Positions 13,603-28,195 of a stretch of DNA of 64,000 bases are shown here, in pieces; the stretch's first letter is position 1; every line of letters starts with the position of its first letter. The translations under genes were made by a program, and so were the position numbers. Location of the stretch: positions 51,646,001 through 51,710,000 of the forward strand of contig OZ024750.1 in assembly GCA_964016885.1 (NCBI GenBank), read 5' to 3'. Below the pieces are notes generated by a model. It saw nothing but the letters and a program-made list of their open reading frames with translations, was not told where the DNA came from and did not search any database. Source of the stretch: Eledone cirrhosa (taxonomy: Eukaryota).

Positions 13603-14015
13603 ATGGTGGCTGCCAACTCGTTTTCGAGTACGGCCACTGCTTTATAACCATGTAGGAGAACTCCTACCGATGCGCTGAACGAGTGTGACTTTTTAGTCCA
13701 GCCAGCGACGTGAAAACTCTGGTACAAACACTACACTTGTGACAATTATTGACACATAGTGCTGGGCCCATAGTACCATGTGACGACAAGTGCAGAGAGA
13801 TCTCCAGATATAAAGCAATGCCTGTGCCGTGAAGTTTTTATAGTGAGCAAAGGCACTGCACAAAGCCAGTCCCACTCTCTTAACCAAGATGATATTTACC
13901 AAAAAGAAGAACAAGTCAACATCATTGGATACCATCAGGGTTGCAGGTGCTATATCAGAGTTTTCCTTCTCCTAGAATTCTGCCTTGAGAAAGGCTAAAG
14001 GGTCATCTCTCCCGC
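13603..14015 (-). mobile_element. About 415-bp non-autonomous element with RTE-type 5' UTR motif
   Basis: Reverse complement of 37007-37420 with the same boundaries; contains ctaggagaaggaaaactctga; abuts (CATA)n. Confidence 0.7.
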
Positions 14016-14019
14016 TGAT

Positions 14020-14215
14020 TTTGGATGGCCATTGACTCTTAAGAGGTCCTTTGCCCTTTGACAGGTTTTGTTTTTAGTCCTGCAGGATGTCCAAGGTCAC
14101 CCTCCTCACCAAGAAACCTTGGTGGGGGTTTGCCAGTTTAGTCGCCAACGACCCGACCATGAGACAGGTTGTACTGGGATACATGTTACCAGTAGCACCA
14201 ACTGGTGACCTGACA
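14020..14215 (-). mobile_element. 5' end of an RTE-like element abutting (CATA)n
   Basis: Homologous to 12170-12345. Confidence 0.5.
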
Positions 14216-14326
14216 TACATACATACATACATACATACATACCTACATACATACATACATACATACATACATACATACATACATACATACATACATACAT
14301 ACATACATACATACATACATACATAC

Positions 14327-14556
14327 GGGTTATATACCAACCCGCTTGGACCAAAGTATGACTGAACTTGGATTTGCGGACAAAGAGCGCAGCTCCCTAA
14401 TTCATAGTCTGCAAATGGCTGCGATAGCTGGCACTTTCAAAATTTGCAAAATATTTTTGCGATTCAAGGGATGACAATTTCTTTTCTTTTACAACCTTGC
14501 CACCAGGAAGGTGGCCGGTTAAAAAAATATACTCGAAATTAAGAGAAAGAGATAAC
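14327..14556 (+). mobile_element. Short 3' fragment of an R4/Dong-clade LINE in (CATA)n
   Basis: Nearly identical to 23240-23470; (CATA)n on both sides. Confidence 0.8.
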
Positions 14557-14899
14557 ATACATACATACATACATACATACAGGCAGACAGACAATCCGTC
14601 TGGCCGTTATGTTTTTGGCATGTTTCCTCTTCCAATTATTGATGTATGTATGAGGAGGGTGTTGTGTATGTGTTTGTATGTGCGTGTGTGCTTTGTGCTT
14701 GTGTGTGTCCGCACGTATATGTGTATACTCAATACATATATACAAACTGAGGCATGTAAGTTTGTATATGTGTATCGAGTAAATATTTGTTTGTGAAATA
14801 CATCGAGAATGGATTTCAGTGCAACATCTTCAGAACGTGCTCAATTAGTTTATTATAAATCGACAGCCATGTAATATATAAATATATATATATATATAT

Positions 14900-15007
14900 A
14901 AACTGAAAAAAGGAAACGAAATTTCATTTCTCACTCTTAGTACGGCTGTTACTTAAATATAAGTATGTATACGTACATACATATATGTATACAGACGTAC
15001 AGTAGTA

Positions 15008-15077
<70 letters not shown>

Positions 15078-15225
15078 CGTGCACACATATATATATGTAC
15101 GTATTCACCGAACATTTATTATAATGCTCGGTGTGTTTGTAAACAAACATCCCGAGTGTTGAACAAATGAGCAACGATGGTTGCTAGACACTGTACGGCT
15201 TAATTTCGGGATGTTTGTTTACAAA
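14900..15225 (-). mobile_element. Partial copy of the retrozyme-like family, with an inverted segment
   Basis: cactcttagtacggctgttacttaaatataag and ccgaacatttattataatgctcggt are shared with 37573-38412; 15155-15225 is in the opposite orientation. Confidence 0.75.
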
Positions 15226-15244
15226 TATATATATGTATATATAT

Positions 15245-15960
15245 TTAGGTTTGTTGGTTCACCACTGGATAGGACTGGTCATTCCGTATGGTCACCCTCG
15301 ATGTAATATTATGGAGAGCACTCAACGTAATGCAACTCACCCCTCTTCGTTTGTGTAGTTGGTGGTGCGGCCGACTGAGGTAGAAGTTGTTAAATAGTCG
15401 GTCGTCCTCTTGTCTCTGATTTTCAGTCCCATAGATTTTATCTGTTATATTCCTTTGTTATATTTCGAATACCTGATGATATCACCGGATTTATACGGAA
15501 CCCGGTCATTTAAATGATCATAGTATAATAAACCTTCCAAGGATTTACACCAGTCCAGCCTCCTGTTATTTATAATATATATATATATATATATATTTAT
15601 TTATTTAGGTTTGTTGGTTCACCACTGGATAGAACTGGTCATTCCGTATGGTCAATCTCGATGTAATATTATGGAGAGTACTCAACGTAATGCAACTCAA
15701 CCGTCTTCGTTTGTGTAGTTGGTGGTGCGAGTACGGAGTTAATTATTATAAAATAACAGGAGGCTGGACTGGTGTAATTCCTTAAAAGGTTTATTATACT
15801 ATGATCATTTCAATGACCGGGTTCAGTATGAATCCAGTGACATCATCAGGTATTCAAAATATAACAAAGGAATATAATTGACAAAATCCATGGGGCTGAA
15901 AAGCAGAGACCTGAGGGCGGCCGAACATTTAGCAGCTACTAGCCCGGTCAACCGCCCTCA
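15245..15960. mobile_element. Two related (AT)n-flanked elements with direct heads and mutually inverted bodies
   Basis: 15245-15368 resembles 15605-15729 (direct); 15368-15575 resembles the reverse complement of 15745-15955; both carry agagYactc. Confidence 0.65.
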
Positions 15961-16264
15961 ATATATAAAATATATATATATAAAATAAGATGCTGAGGTT
16001 ACATGTATCGTTTAAGCATAATAATTATTTCTTCGGCTCTCCATGCAATCGAGATGCCCTTCATGGATTTGCCGTTGATTATGAGAAAGGTTTCCTCAGA
16101 TGAAGATCGATATATTTGATTTGATATGTCGCTGGCAGGAAAGCACACATCCTAATGCCTGTGAGCCCAGCATACATATGAGTTCCTTGAAGGGTTTGCC
16201 AGCTGTCGCGTTTGTTAGAAAAAGCTATCAACGAAAAAAGACGAAAAGAACGAAGAACCGTGTG

Positions 16265-16303
<39 letters not shown>

Positions 16304-16793
16304 TTTTCTCCTTTCGTGGATCGTAGTTGTCTCCCCTTCCCGCTTAGTGACGCTATAATACTTCCTCAGTCAAAAACTGCTGGAATTTCAAATTTGCCGG
16401 TCATTCGATGCGGGAAGGAGCAACTTAACAAGACACGATTTTTAACTGTGGTAAGAAATGTTTTTCTTATATCAAAGTTTAATGGGCTTCCACTGATGAT
16501 TTATAAGCGCCCACCTAAATATATTCTTACATGAATGTATATTAGGCTTCTACATAAACTGGAAATATTCTCCGATTCTGTAGAAAACTTATAATGAAAC
16601 AATTGTTTGGAAAGAGAGATATATTTTAACTTTAATTATATCTCATAAAATAATACAACTGGCTTTTCCACATAATACATATTGTTAGCACCCCAAACAC
16701 TTAAATTGGGTTTATATTAAAATATAACCTAATGTTTGTTGAGTGAGATGGTTACCAGTCAGAGATTAGCTTTAAACTATCTCTGTTATTGTA

Positions 16794-16847
<54 letters not shown>

Positions 16848-17415
16848 GTGAAAGATTGAAGAATAACATGGTCGGCTATACAAAAGGGGTTTTATTTACA
16901 GTATTAACAATTGTTTCATTGATCAGGTGAGTCTAAAGGCCACTGATCATTCGATCTTAAATACGGTGTGTGTCTCTGATCAAATCATCGGAATACTGGA
17001 GGGTGTAACACATGGCACTGGTATTTATAGATACATTGGGGAATCAAGTGAATGAAAATAATAATGCCAATAATAAAAGATAATAAACAATAGCAAAAAT
17101 AAAAATGAAAATGATAAAGATGTAAAAGATAAGTAAAAAATAAATACAAAATACGATTACTGATAATAGTGTTAGGGGTGGTGGTGGTAGTTGAAGTTAT
17201 AATGGTGAGTGGATGTGTAAATAGTGATGACAGTAGTGATAACAATAACATGAAAAGAAATACGATATATGATATGATATATATATAAGGATAATAACAA
17301 AGATCCCGTAACTCCTTGTGGAAACGTAGAGGCACCGCCATACGGCGTGTTTTAAACCTGGCAGAGCCCAACCTTATCCAGTCTGAACACAGCGGGGTTT
17401 TTCTATAGAGGAAGA

Positions 17416-17575
17416 ATCAACCCCAGTACTGGACTGGTACTTTTTTTATCGACCTCGAAAGGATGAAAGGCGAAGTTGACCTCGGTGGGATTTGAACTCG
17501 GAACGCACAATGAGGTGGGACGAATACCATATAGGATTCTCTCTGACGTCTTAACGGTACTCCCAATTCAGCTTT
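17416..17575 (-). mobile_element. tRNA-derived SINE variant
   Basis: Reverse complement contains gagttcaaatcc and cctttcatcctttcgaggtcgataaaaaaagtaccagt. Confidence 0.75.
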
Positions 17576-17629
17576 TATATATATATATATGTATATATAT
17601 ATATGTATATATATGTATATGTATATATT

Positions 17630-18207
<578 letters not shown>

Positions 18208-18559
18208 AGTTTTCCTGGGCACTTTAAAATACAATACATAGAGGGGGGAAGACACAGGAGAGTGTGTTTTCCTTTATAGGATTTCAAACTACCAGCGTGA
18301 AGAGAATATATGCTAAGAGAGGTGTAGGAAAAACATTATAATTAAAAGTATAAATTAAAATGAGAAACCAACCTCATAACTAAGTCACACATGTAGAAAC
18401 TCACTAGGAGATTGTTTCGCCATTTAGTGGGTTCCAATTCGGTCCAGTGGGTCATCAGCATGTGGAGAGATCGATATTGTCCGCACTACTAAAAGAGAAC
18501 TATAGTAAGCCACCTGTTGCACGTGTAAAGAGAAGGGAAATACGTGCACGAGGCAGTGA

Positions 18560-18687
<128 letters not shown>

Positions 18688-18768
18688 GTCTGTATGTTTC
18701 CCCCTTCTTTTTTTGTATTCACACAGCCACAAGTGCGCCTACTATATATATATATATATATATATATA

Positions 18769-19117
18769 GTAACGCAGTTGGTCTGTCGCTTCAATAACAC
18801 CGATTTCGCAGATCATCTCCGAATCAAATATTTTCTCTGTTCTTTGTTTGTGTTTGCCCTGATTCCTTTCATTGATTACCTAATTATGCAATCTGCATCT
18901 GATAATGTTGCCAGGGTCTTACATAACTAGGTCATTGAAATATTTGCAACAAGAAATCTTAAAAGGATATCCCGTCAGGCCTCGCGTTGTTTTAATCAAA
19001 CAAATATAACCCCGTCCCTGCACCATCCATGGCATTCAACTTCAACGATGGATGAGTTGCCACACGTAGAGTGCTTTTTCTACTATAACATCACGGAATT
19101 AATAGTTTTATCCATTG
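18769..19117 (+). mobile_element. Old PLE-type end, homologous to 23690-24040 and split by an RTE insertion
   Basis: Shared attgattacctaat...ctgat.a, gagtgcttt and ccattggt.aacc...acataaatg; the last part resumes at 20214. Confidence 0.55.
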
Positions 19118-20214
19118 TGCCACTCAAGATAAATTTCATTGACTTCAAAAAGACTTTTTATGGCATTCAGGAGACGTTTTGGAAAATGTTGGAAGTGTAA
19201 GGCATTCCAGAAAGATCCATCAATGTCTTCAAAGACATCTGGATTCAAGCTGCAGTGTCAAAGTTGCAAATGGCACCACAAGTTTCTTCTAAATCCTCAC
19301 ACGTGTGAGATAGGTCTGCATTATGTCCATTATGCTTTTCTCACTGGCCATTGACTTTGTCAAGAGGAAATCAATAGAAATTCATGCCGGGACTCAACAC
19401 TTTGGTATCCAATGGACTGATTCTAAGAAACTGACAGATTTGAATTTCGCCGAGGATTTGGTATTATTGGGAACAACATTGGACAAATTCAATCAATGAC
19501 AACACAGAAGAATCTGCAGCAAAAATTAGACTCAGAATTAACAGAGAAAATATCAAAGTGATGCAAGTTGGCAAGACAATTTCTGGGAAGATGCATATTG
19601 AAACACGGGCAATAGATGAGGTCAGCCAGTTCACCTATTTAAGCAGCATAATATCCAATGAAGGCCTCACTTATGTAAACAGCAGAATTGGAAAGATATC
19701 AGAAGTATTTCAGCGCATGAGATGCATTTGGTCATTGAACATAATCTCCACGTCCATCAAACTGCAGCTCTTCAACAGTATTATAATCACAACTGCCATA
19801 TACGTATGCTAGTGAAACCTGGAAAATGACTGCCAAAATTCTAAAGAAGCTCATCGTTTTCCAACAAAGATTCCTAAGAAAAATCCTCAAAATCACATAT
19901 CGAGACTGGATTATTAATGTAGAGGCGCTGAAGGGAAGTATTAGAAGCTACAGACTGATACGATCACTGAAAGGTGCCTGAAACTGACTGGACCCATTCT
20001 GTGCATGTCTGAGTGCTGGAACCCTTCTGTGGCAATGAGATGGATCCCTGACGGTAGCAAGCGGAAAAAAGGAAGTCCCAAGAAAACTTGGCACTCAAAG
20101 ATTATCTCTGGACTAGGAAACTACGCAAAATGCCGCTGCTGATCTTGCAAATTAGAGAAGACCCACTGTCCAATATGCCTCAGGGCATAGCACGACCTAA
20201 GACTAAGACTAAGA
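19118..20214 (+). mobile_element. 5'-truncated, decayed RTE-clade LINE
   Basis: FIDFKK, DLNFAEDLVLL, EVSQFTYLSSII, ASETWKMT; (taagac)n tail; 8-bp target-site duplication atccattg at 19110 and 20214. Confidence 0.8.
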
Positions 20215-20428
20215 TCCATTGGTGAACCAGAAAACATAAATGAATATATAGAGATATAGACAGATAGATAGAGATAGAGAGATAGATAGATAGATCGATA
20301 GAGAGATAGTAGTAGTCATTTTTTTCGGTTCATTTTCATCGGCATAAGTTGAGCAAGTTGGTCCTCGAGACCAACGAAACGTTCGTACCTGGTATGGCGC
20401 CGTTGTTATAACTAGCCTTAGTAATTAT

Positions 20429-20477
<49 letters not shown>

Positions 20478-20534
20478 CATAGAGAGGGGAAAGGAAGAAA
20501 GAAAGAAGGTTGGATAGATAGATAGATAGATCGA

Positions 20535-21676
20535 TAAATTTCTTTATTAGCCACAAGGGCACAAAAGAAGGGGACAAATACAAATGGGGAGTTTACATAC
20601 AAGTATATGAAAAAAAACTATTAATAAAATAACAAATAACAAATGAAATCCCCAATAGGTGGAAGGCGTTACACAGGGGTTGTACACACGCTGAAAAATG
20701 TACAACCCTCATCTCCAGGAGCACCAAGAGTGAGTACTCCCTTCTTCTCTTCCTCTTTTTCCTCAGCCTACAGGCTTATATAGAGAGAAGGCCCAACCAC
20801 TCGGGTCATCTTTGCCACATTCACCCACCTTTTATAAAATTTGCTGGGGTACAGCACCTCTCTCTCCATCCTGATTCTTCTTCCAAAGTGATATTTGAAA
20901 AAACGAATCAGTTGCTCGCCGGAGAGAAAGGTGTCTGACCTCCGCCCTTTTAACCTCGTCCACCATATAACCTCTTTCACCATAGCCGTAACACATAGGA
21001 AAACCGCTTCTCCCTCGTTTTTGAAGGAGGGTGGCGGTTTGATCATGACAATGGACTCGGTGGTCAAATGGATTAGTCCCACCCACGACAATAGTCGTTC
21101 TACATAGCCCCACAGGTCGGTAACGCCCCGGCAGTGTACAAATGCGTGCGCGACGGTTTCCTCGTCGCGCACGCATCTCGGACAGATCTTTTTCGAAGGG
21201 TCCCTGCCCGGGCGCCCGTGTCTGTAGAGCTTGTCTCGAACTGGTAGAGCTCCTCGGTAGCACTGTCAGGCCAGTTCGTCCTCCTCTACACCCTGAGTTT
21301 CTCTGAGCGCGTCGTCGCACTTGCTGTGGACCAACCCTCTATAGAATGTCGAAGTGGAGTCTCCACTGATCGCCGGGTCCGTTTGCCAGAGGACTGTGAG
21401 CGCCTGAGCACATTTGATGTGCCAGTCGCCCATTTTCCTCGGTCTTTGCTTGACTCAGGACTGCAGTTCGGTCAGCGAGACGAGTCGTGGGAAAGCTCGC
21501 CTCACGAACGGTTGTCCGGTGAGGAATACGTGGAGGTGCCGCAACCTCAGCGCGTGGTTGCGCATCGTCAGCCACGGCATCACCAGCCCTCCGTTTGAAG
21601 GGTGTTGGCAGCAGATGGATCTTCTTACCAAAGGAGCCCGTTTCTTCCAAAGGAATTGGAAGAGCGCGCGCTCCAT
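20535..21676 (-). mobile_element. 3' fragment of a Tx1/L1-clade LINE within (GATA)n
   Basis: ALFQFLWK...CCQHPSNGGLVMP and the zinc-knuckle region ETVAHAFVHC; aataaa near the 3' end; GATA repeats on both sides. Confidence 0.8.
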
Positions 21677-21751
<75 letters not shown>

Positions 21752-21820
21752 TATTGACGTGTTGGTACTTAGGAAGGCAATGAGATATAGAATGTGATGT
21801 CTGTATATGGTGTATGTATG

Positions 21821-21878
<58 letters not shown>

Positions 21879-22102
21879 AGTCTGTCTATGTGTGTGTGAA
21901 TGCGTCTGTCTGTCTCTGTGCGTGTGTGTGTGTATGTGTATATATGTGTGTGTGTGTGAGTGAGTGTGTTTATTTGTATTACGTCCTTATATGCGTACTT
22001 CTGCCTGGAGCTGTGCGAATGTGTGTTTCTGTCTGCGTTCCTTTGTTATCTTCCTAATCTAACGGTATGCACACATACAACTTATATACATACATATGTA
22101 TA

Positions 22103-22181
<79 letters not shown>

Positions 22182-22519
22182 GCCAGCAGACATTGGGTGG
22201 TTATCTTGTTGCTGACGTTGAATGATTCAATCTACGCCATTTATTTCAACGATTTCAGTGACATTCATGTGTGATAGTTCTCGCCATCAGCTGTCTCAGC
22301 AATGGATTCCCTTCTATTCACAACACTCCCATCATATAGCTTCCCTTCGCCATATTATTGATATCATTACATTCCCACTACACACACACACAGACATATA
22401 TACACACATACATACATGCATACATATACATACACATACATACATACACATACATACATACTTACATACATACTTACATACATATTTACATACATATACA
22501 CACATACATACTTACATAC

Positions 22520-22555
<36 letters not shown>

Positions 22556-22589
22556 TCATACGTGCGTACGTACATACATACGTACGTAC

Positions 22590-23470
22590 ATAGATACAAA
22601 CATACACAACCAATTTACAGTAAAAGTTGTACATGGATACTTGAGACGTAAAACACAGACCATAGAGGGGATAAACCACTCAAAAAGCCTGGCATGGACT
22701 TCCGACAAGTTTATGACGTCACACCTTGAAGGATATCTCTATGCAATACAGGAACAAGAACTCCCTACCAAATATCTGCTGCACAAAAGGGGAGGGCTAT
22801 CAGCTGACAATAAATGTAGGCTATGTAAAACAAAGATCGAGGATGTAAGCCACATTGTTGCCAGCTGCGAAAGAATGTCATCTCGCTACTACCTCCCCAT
22901 GAGACACGATGGGATAGCTAGAACCATCTGGAACGCACATCGGAAAACAAAATTAACAACAAACCAGGAAGAATATATTGAGACAGATTGGCACTAAGGA
23001 ATACTGGTGGAACCTGAAAATAAAAACTCCCACAAAATTAAAGCACAACCAGCCTGATATTGTTGTTTGGGACCACACATTGAAAACGTGTTTTGTTGTG
23101 GAGATCAGCTGCCAACTTGATGTAAACGTTGTCAGAAAAATACAGGAGAAGGAGGACATCTACGGACCATTGATGAGGAGTTTGCAAATCCAGTATCCAA
23201 GATACACCTTTAGCTTCATACCCATCATTATTGGAGCTACGGGTTATATACCAACCCGTTTGGACCAAAGTATGACTGAACTTGGATTTGCGGACAAAGA
23301 GCGCAGCTCCCTAATCCATAGTCTACAAATGGCTGCGATAGCTGGCACCTTCAAAATTTGCAAAACATTCTTGCGATTCAAAGGATGACAATTTCTTTTC
23401 TTTTACAACCTTGCCACCAGGAAGGTGGCCGGTCAAAAAAATATACTCGAAATTAAAAGAAAGAGATAAC
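22590..23470 (+). mobile_element. 3' fragment of an R4/Dong-clade LINE
   Basis: EGYLYAIQEQELPTKY, CRLC..SHIVASC, YLPMRHD, HNQPDIVVWD, VEISC, PIIIGATG; CATA repeats on both sides. Confidence 0.85.
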
Positions 23471-24147
23471 ATACATATGTGAGTGTATGTGTGTGTATAT
23501 ATGTATGTATATGTGTGCATGTGTGTGTGTATATATGTATGTATGTATTGTGTGTGTGTGTGTGTGTGTGTTTATTTAATTATTTAAAACCCAACAGAAG
23601 GCCGGAGACGAAATATTGTTTTAATTTTGCATCATCAGAATACGTATTTCTATGACCTGGTTACATCATCAGATCATAGGACATCGGCAATGTCAAGCAG
23701 TTCCCCACAACAATGTCACCGTCTTCGAATCAAGTCTATTCTCTGGTTGTGTTATTTGTCGTAATCCTGTTATCGATTACCTAATCTTTTCAATCTACAC
23801 CTGATGAAGCCGCTAACGTCTTACGTCCTAGTGATTTTGCATCATTAAAAGAATATTTCGAGTCCGGCGTTCTGTTGTCTTTTAAATAAAGATTTAACTC
23901 TTTCTCTGCACCAGCCACGGGATACCACATCTACGGTGGTTGATTTACATAACGTGGAGTGCTTTAACATATTACATTATGATTTGCTAACCAGAATGAT
24001 CAGATCTAGCCATTGGTAAACCATACAACATAAATGGTATATATATGTATATATATATATGTGTGGGGTGCATGTGTGTGTTTATGTATGTATGCCATAA
24101 CAATAATTTTATTCTTATTTTCTTATAAATGTTAATTCATCTGATGT

Positions 24148-24352
24148 ATAATGTCCCTGACCCCTACCACTGTTCTATAATGTCCTTGACCTCTACATCT
24201 GTTCCATAAGGTCCTTGACCTCTACCTATGTTGTATAATGACCTTGACCTCTACATATGTTCTATAATGTCATTGACCTCTAGCCCTGTTCTATAATGTC
24301 CTTGACTACCTCTGTTCTATAATGTCCTTGACCCCTACCTCTGTTCTATAAA
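24148..24352. repeat. About 29-bp minisatellite (tataatgtccttgacctctacctctgttc)
   Basis: About 7 tandem copies. Confidence 0.85.
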
Positions 24353-24409
24353 ACGTTGTCCAGTCTTGCGTGATTGTAACCAGGATATTTATAGTGGTTA
24401 TTATGTACG

Positions 24410-25530
24410 ACCCATTGAGGCTTCTAAAGAAATCATCATTGTGGGCTTGTAGCTGGGCACCTGAAGAGGCAAGTCCATGTCGTCCAACAGCGTCAACGGG
24501 CGCTGGATGGACGGACCGGTAAAGTCGCTCGGGGTCTGGTTCGGACTAGACCTCCAGGTGGATAAGAATTGGGACGAGGTTACGAACAGGTTAGCCACAC
24601 TCATCCAGAAATGGGCCGAGAAGAAGCTGTCCCTGAAAAGTCGGGCAGAGGTGGCGAACGCGTCCGTCGCGTCCGTCATCTACTACCACCTTACCGACCT
24701 CCATTGCCCTCGTTTGCCCCTCGCAATGTTGTAACGGTTCCACTTCAACTTCTTGTGGAAGAGACAGGTTCCGTTGGTGAGGTGGTCCATCTGCTGCCAG
24801 CTCCTTCTATGCGGTGGGCTGGGCATGTCATGGCTAATGATGCGCAGACCTGCACTGAGGCTGCGGTATCTCCAGGTATTTTGCCTAAACGGTGAACATG
24901 TTGCCGTTTGTGTAACGGGCCTTTCGACAGCTCGACTCTTTGACTGAGCGGCAGTCCTGGGTCAAGAAGGGGCAGAGGCTGGGCATCTGGCATCTGGAAT
25001 GTTGCCAGGCGCTCACTACCTTCTACCAGGCGGAAAATGCGAACAGTGGAACTTCCACTCTTGAGTCTATAGAGGATTAGTGGCGGGCTAGTGCGACGAC
25101 ACATTCTGAGAGGCTCGGGGCGTCGACCACACATACACTTTCCTGTTCGGCCAATCCCTCATCAACTTTTTCACGTTTCACTTGAAAAAGAGGTGAGAGT
25201 GGAGAGAGAAGTGATGCCCCCAAGTACATTTGCTAAAAGGTAGGTGAATGTGGCGAGAATGTCCCGTGTGAATGGGCCTACTCTAAGCATGTGTCTGTAG
25301 GCTAGTTAATTTGAGGAGGAGAAGGGTGCTCTTCCCGGGTGCCCTCGAAGCGTCGGGTGGTTCAGGATTGATGAGGTGCCTGAGTCGACCCTTCATTGTT
25401 TTATTTTTATTTTTTGTTATTGCTATTTATATTTTATTCACGTATTTATGTAAAACCACACTGTCCCTGTCTTTTGTATTGTCCCCTATATGGCGGCCTT
25501 TGTGCCAAATATAGAAGCAATTATTATTAT
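24410..25530 (+). mobile_element. Decayed 3' part of a Tx1/L1-clade LINE
   Basis: PVKSLGVWFG..KNWDEV..IQKWAEKKLSLKSRA, FLWKRQVPLVR..CCQ..GGLGM; related to 20535-21676. Confidence 0.8.
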
Positions 25531-25609
25531 TCGGATTTAAAACTGCCTTTCAGTTCTACTTCTTTCCCACATCAAACCGATTGTCAACCTGACACCTGAG
25601 GCAGAATGT

Positions 25610-25925
25610 GATAATACACACACCTTACAACCAATTGTCACACAGATAGTGCCACAAGGGCATAAACAACAGTAAATGTCCTTGCAAAGTTTTTAAATTG
25701 ATAATGCGCTTCTCAGGACATGCGCAGTACCAGTCTGCACTATTTTCTGTATCTCTTGCAGAGATGGCTTTCCAGGTATCTGGTCCAAATATATTTCAAT
25801 ACCCTTTTTTTATAATTCCATGTGCACCAACTATCTCTTGTATTGTACAGGCCTGAAGATGTCTTATTTTCTCAATTTCAATTGATAGATCTTTACATTT
25901 ACTGAGCTTTATCAACATTAGTTCA
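25610..25925 (-). mobile_element. 3' end of an RLE-type (R4/Dong) LINE
   Basis: Minus strand reads KLSKCKDLSIEIEK..IVGAHGIIKKG / YLDQIPGKPSLQEIQKIVQTGTAHVLRSALSI-stop. Confidence 0.7.
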
Positions 25926-26232
25926 GCTCTTTACTTTCTCTGTTTCCATCCAGCCATTTCCGACTTGTTGATAAATTTAATCGACTTCCCCTCCTAAAAT
26001 TGCTGCTCTTGTGCTTAAATTTGAAATCATTAATTTTGTTGTGGTTTTTCGTCCTATTTCTTGGAACAATAATTAATTTATAGGGTAAAATATTGACCAG
26101 ATATAAGAAATATATTGTGATACAGTGAAATATAATGTGTAGATATAACTGAATTAAATGGTTGATGTGTAAGGTTGAGATACGATTTAACTTAATAAAT
26201 AAACGGATAACTCTCTCTCACTCTCTCTGTCC

Positions 26233-26385
<153 letters not shown>

Positions 26386-26458
26386 AATATACGTACACAT
26401 GCATAAGTATATTTATATATATATATATATATATGCGTATATATATATATACACATAA

Positions 26459-26493
<35 letters not shown>

Positions 26494-26532
26494 CATAAAT
26501 ATGCATAAGTATATATATATATATATATATGC

Positions 26533-26590
<58 letters not shown>

Positions 26591-26809
26591 GCATATATAT
26601 TTAGAACGCTGGTTTGAGACATATATATATATATATATATATTAATATCTACATACATGCATGCATATATAATATAAAAATATATGCGAATGCGTGTGTG
26701 TGCCTACATACACATATGCATACATGCACACAGACACACAGACGCACACACAATTACACACACATACACACACATATATATGATTATATACACACACAAG
26801 CATATATAT

Positions 26810-26864
<55 letters not shown>

Positions 26865-27176
26865 CAGGGAGAGGGAGAGAACCACTTTGTTACGGTTGCA
26901 ATAAACTGACTACATTAATACTTTGAAATTATTTATTCGTGCTGAAACCTGGGAGACTGGAATCCTAATTTTCTTGCAATTACTAAATTGTTAAGTTAAG
27001 CTTACTAAATTGTTGCGACTGTTGCTGGACATAGAAACAAAGCTGACTACAAAATGGCGTACATAAAGCTACTTGTATAATTATAAAGGTTTGTTTAGAA
27101 TAATTTGACCAGCGGATCGATTTCGAGATGTATAGAGCCACACATACACACTCAGACGTGCATTTATGTGTGTGTG

Positions 27177-27228
<52 letters not shown>

Positions 27229-27305
27229 CGTGTGTGTGTGTGCGTGTTTGTGTGCGCGTGCGTGTGTGTAAACGTGTGTGCGTGCGTGTGTGTGTGTGTG
27301 TGTGC

Positions 27306-27396
<91 letters not shown>

Positions 27397-27540
27397 TATA
27401 TTTGGCGGAGATGAGAAAAAGTACTCAATAGCGAAATAGACTTTATATATTTATTTGATATGTCCAAGTAGTGAGCCTTGTTATCCAGGAGTTTCACCGA
27501 CACCCTCGCAGGATCATCCCATCAGACACGGATATATACA

Positions 27541-27626
<86 letters not shown>

Positions 27627-27993
27627 GTAAGTAAGTTAATTTTTAAAAAAAATTTTTTTAAAAAAATTTTCTTATTTTACGTCTTTTATATTATTGTTCT
27701 GCATTCTCCTGCATCGAACCACCTAGGTACTATGACATAACCTGTGTATTTGCTGGCATTGGCGTACATCTGTGCGCTTATGTTAGTAGATATATTAAAT
27801 TATCTATATATATATATATATATATATATAATTATATAGTAATAATAATAAATTTGAAGACTAAAATCCAAAGAGGGCTCGATAAGGATAAATATTTACT
27901 TCTGCGTTCACAGATTGATTTTTTTTAGTTTCAGAAGATCCCGTTAAGGGTGAAAGAAGCGATCCTTTGCTTAAACTTTAATCTGTTATTTTA

Positions 27994-28098
<105 letters not shown>

Positions 28099-28160
28099 AT
28101 ACAGAAAGAGAGGGTGGATACAGAGAGAGAGGGTGGATACACAGAGAGAGAGGGGGGATA

Positions 28161-28195
<35 letters not shown>

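Noticed and set aside
16290-16372. CTGAGGA...GAAA on the minus strand
   Set aside because: No convincing helix II or III and no cleavage triplet.
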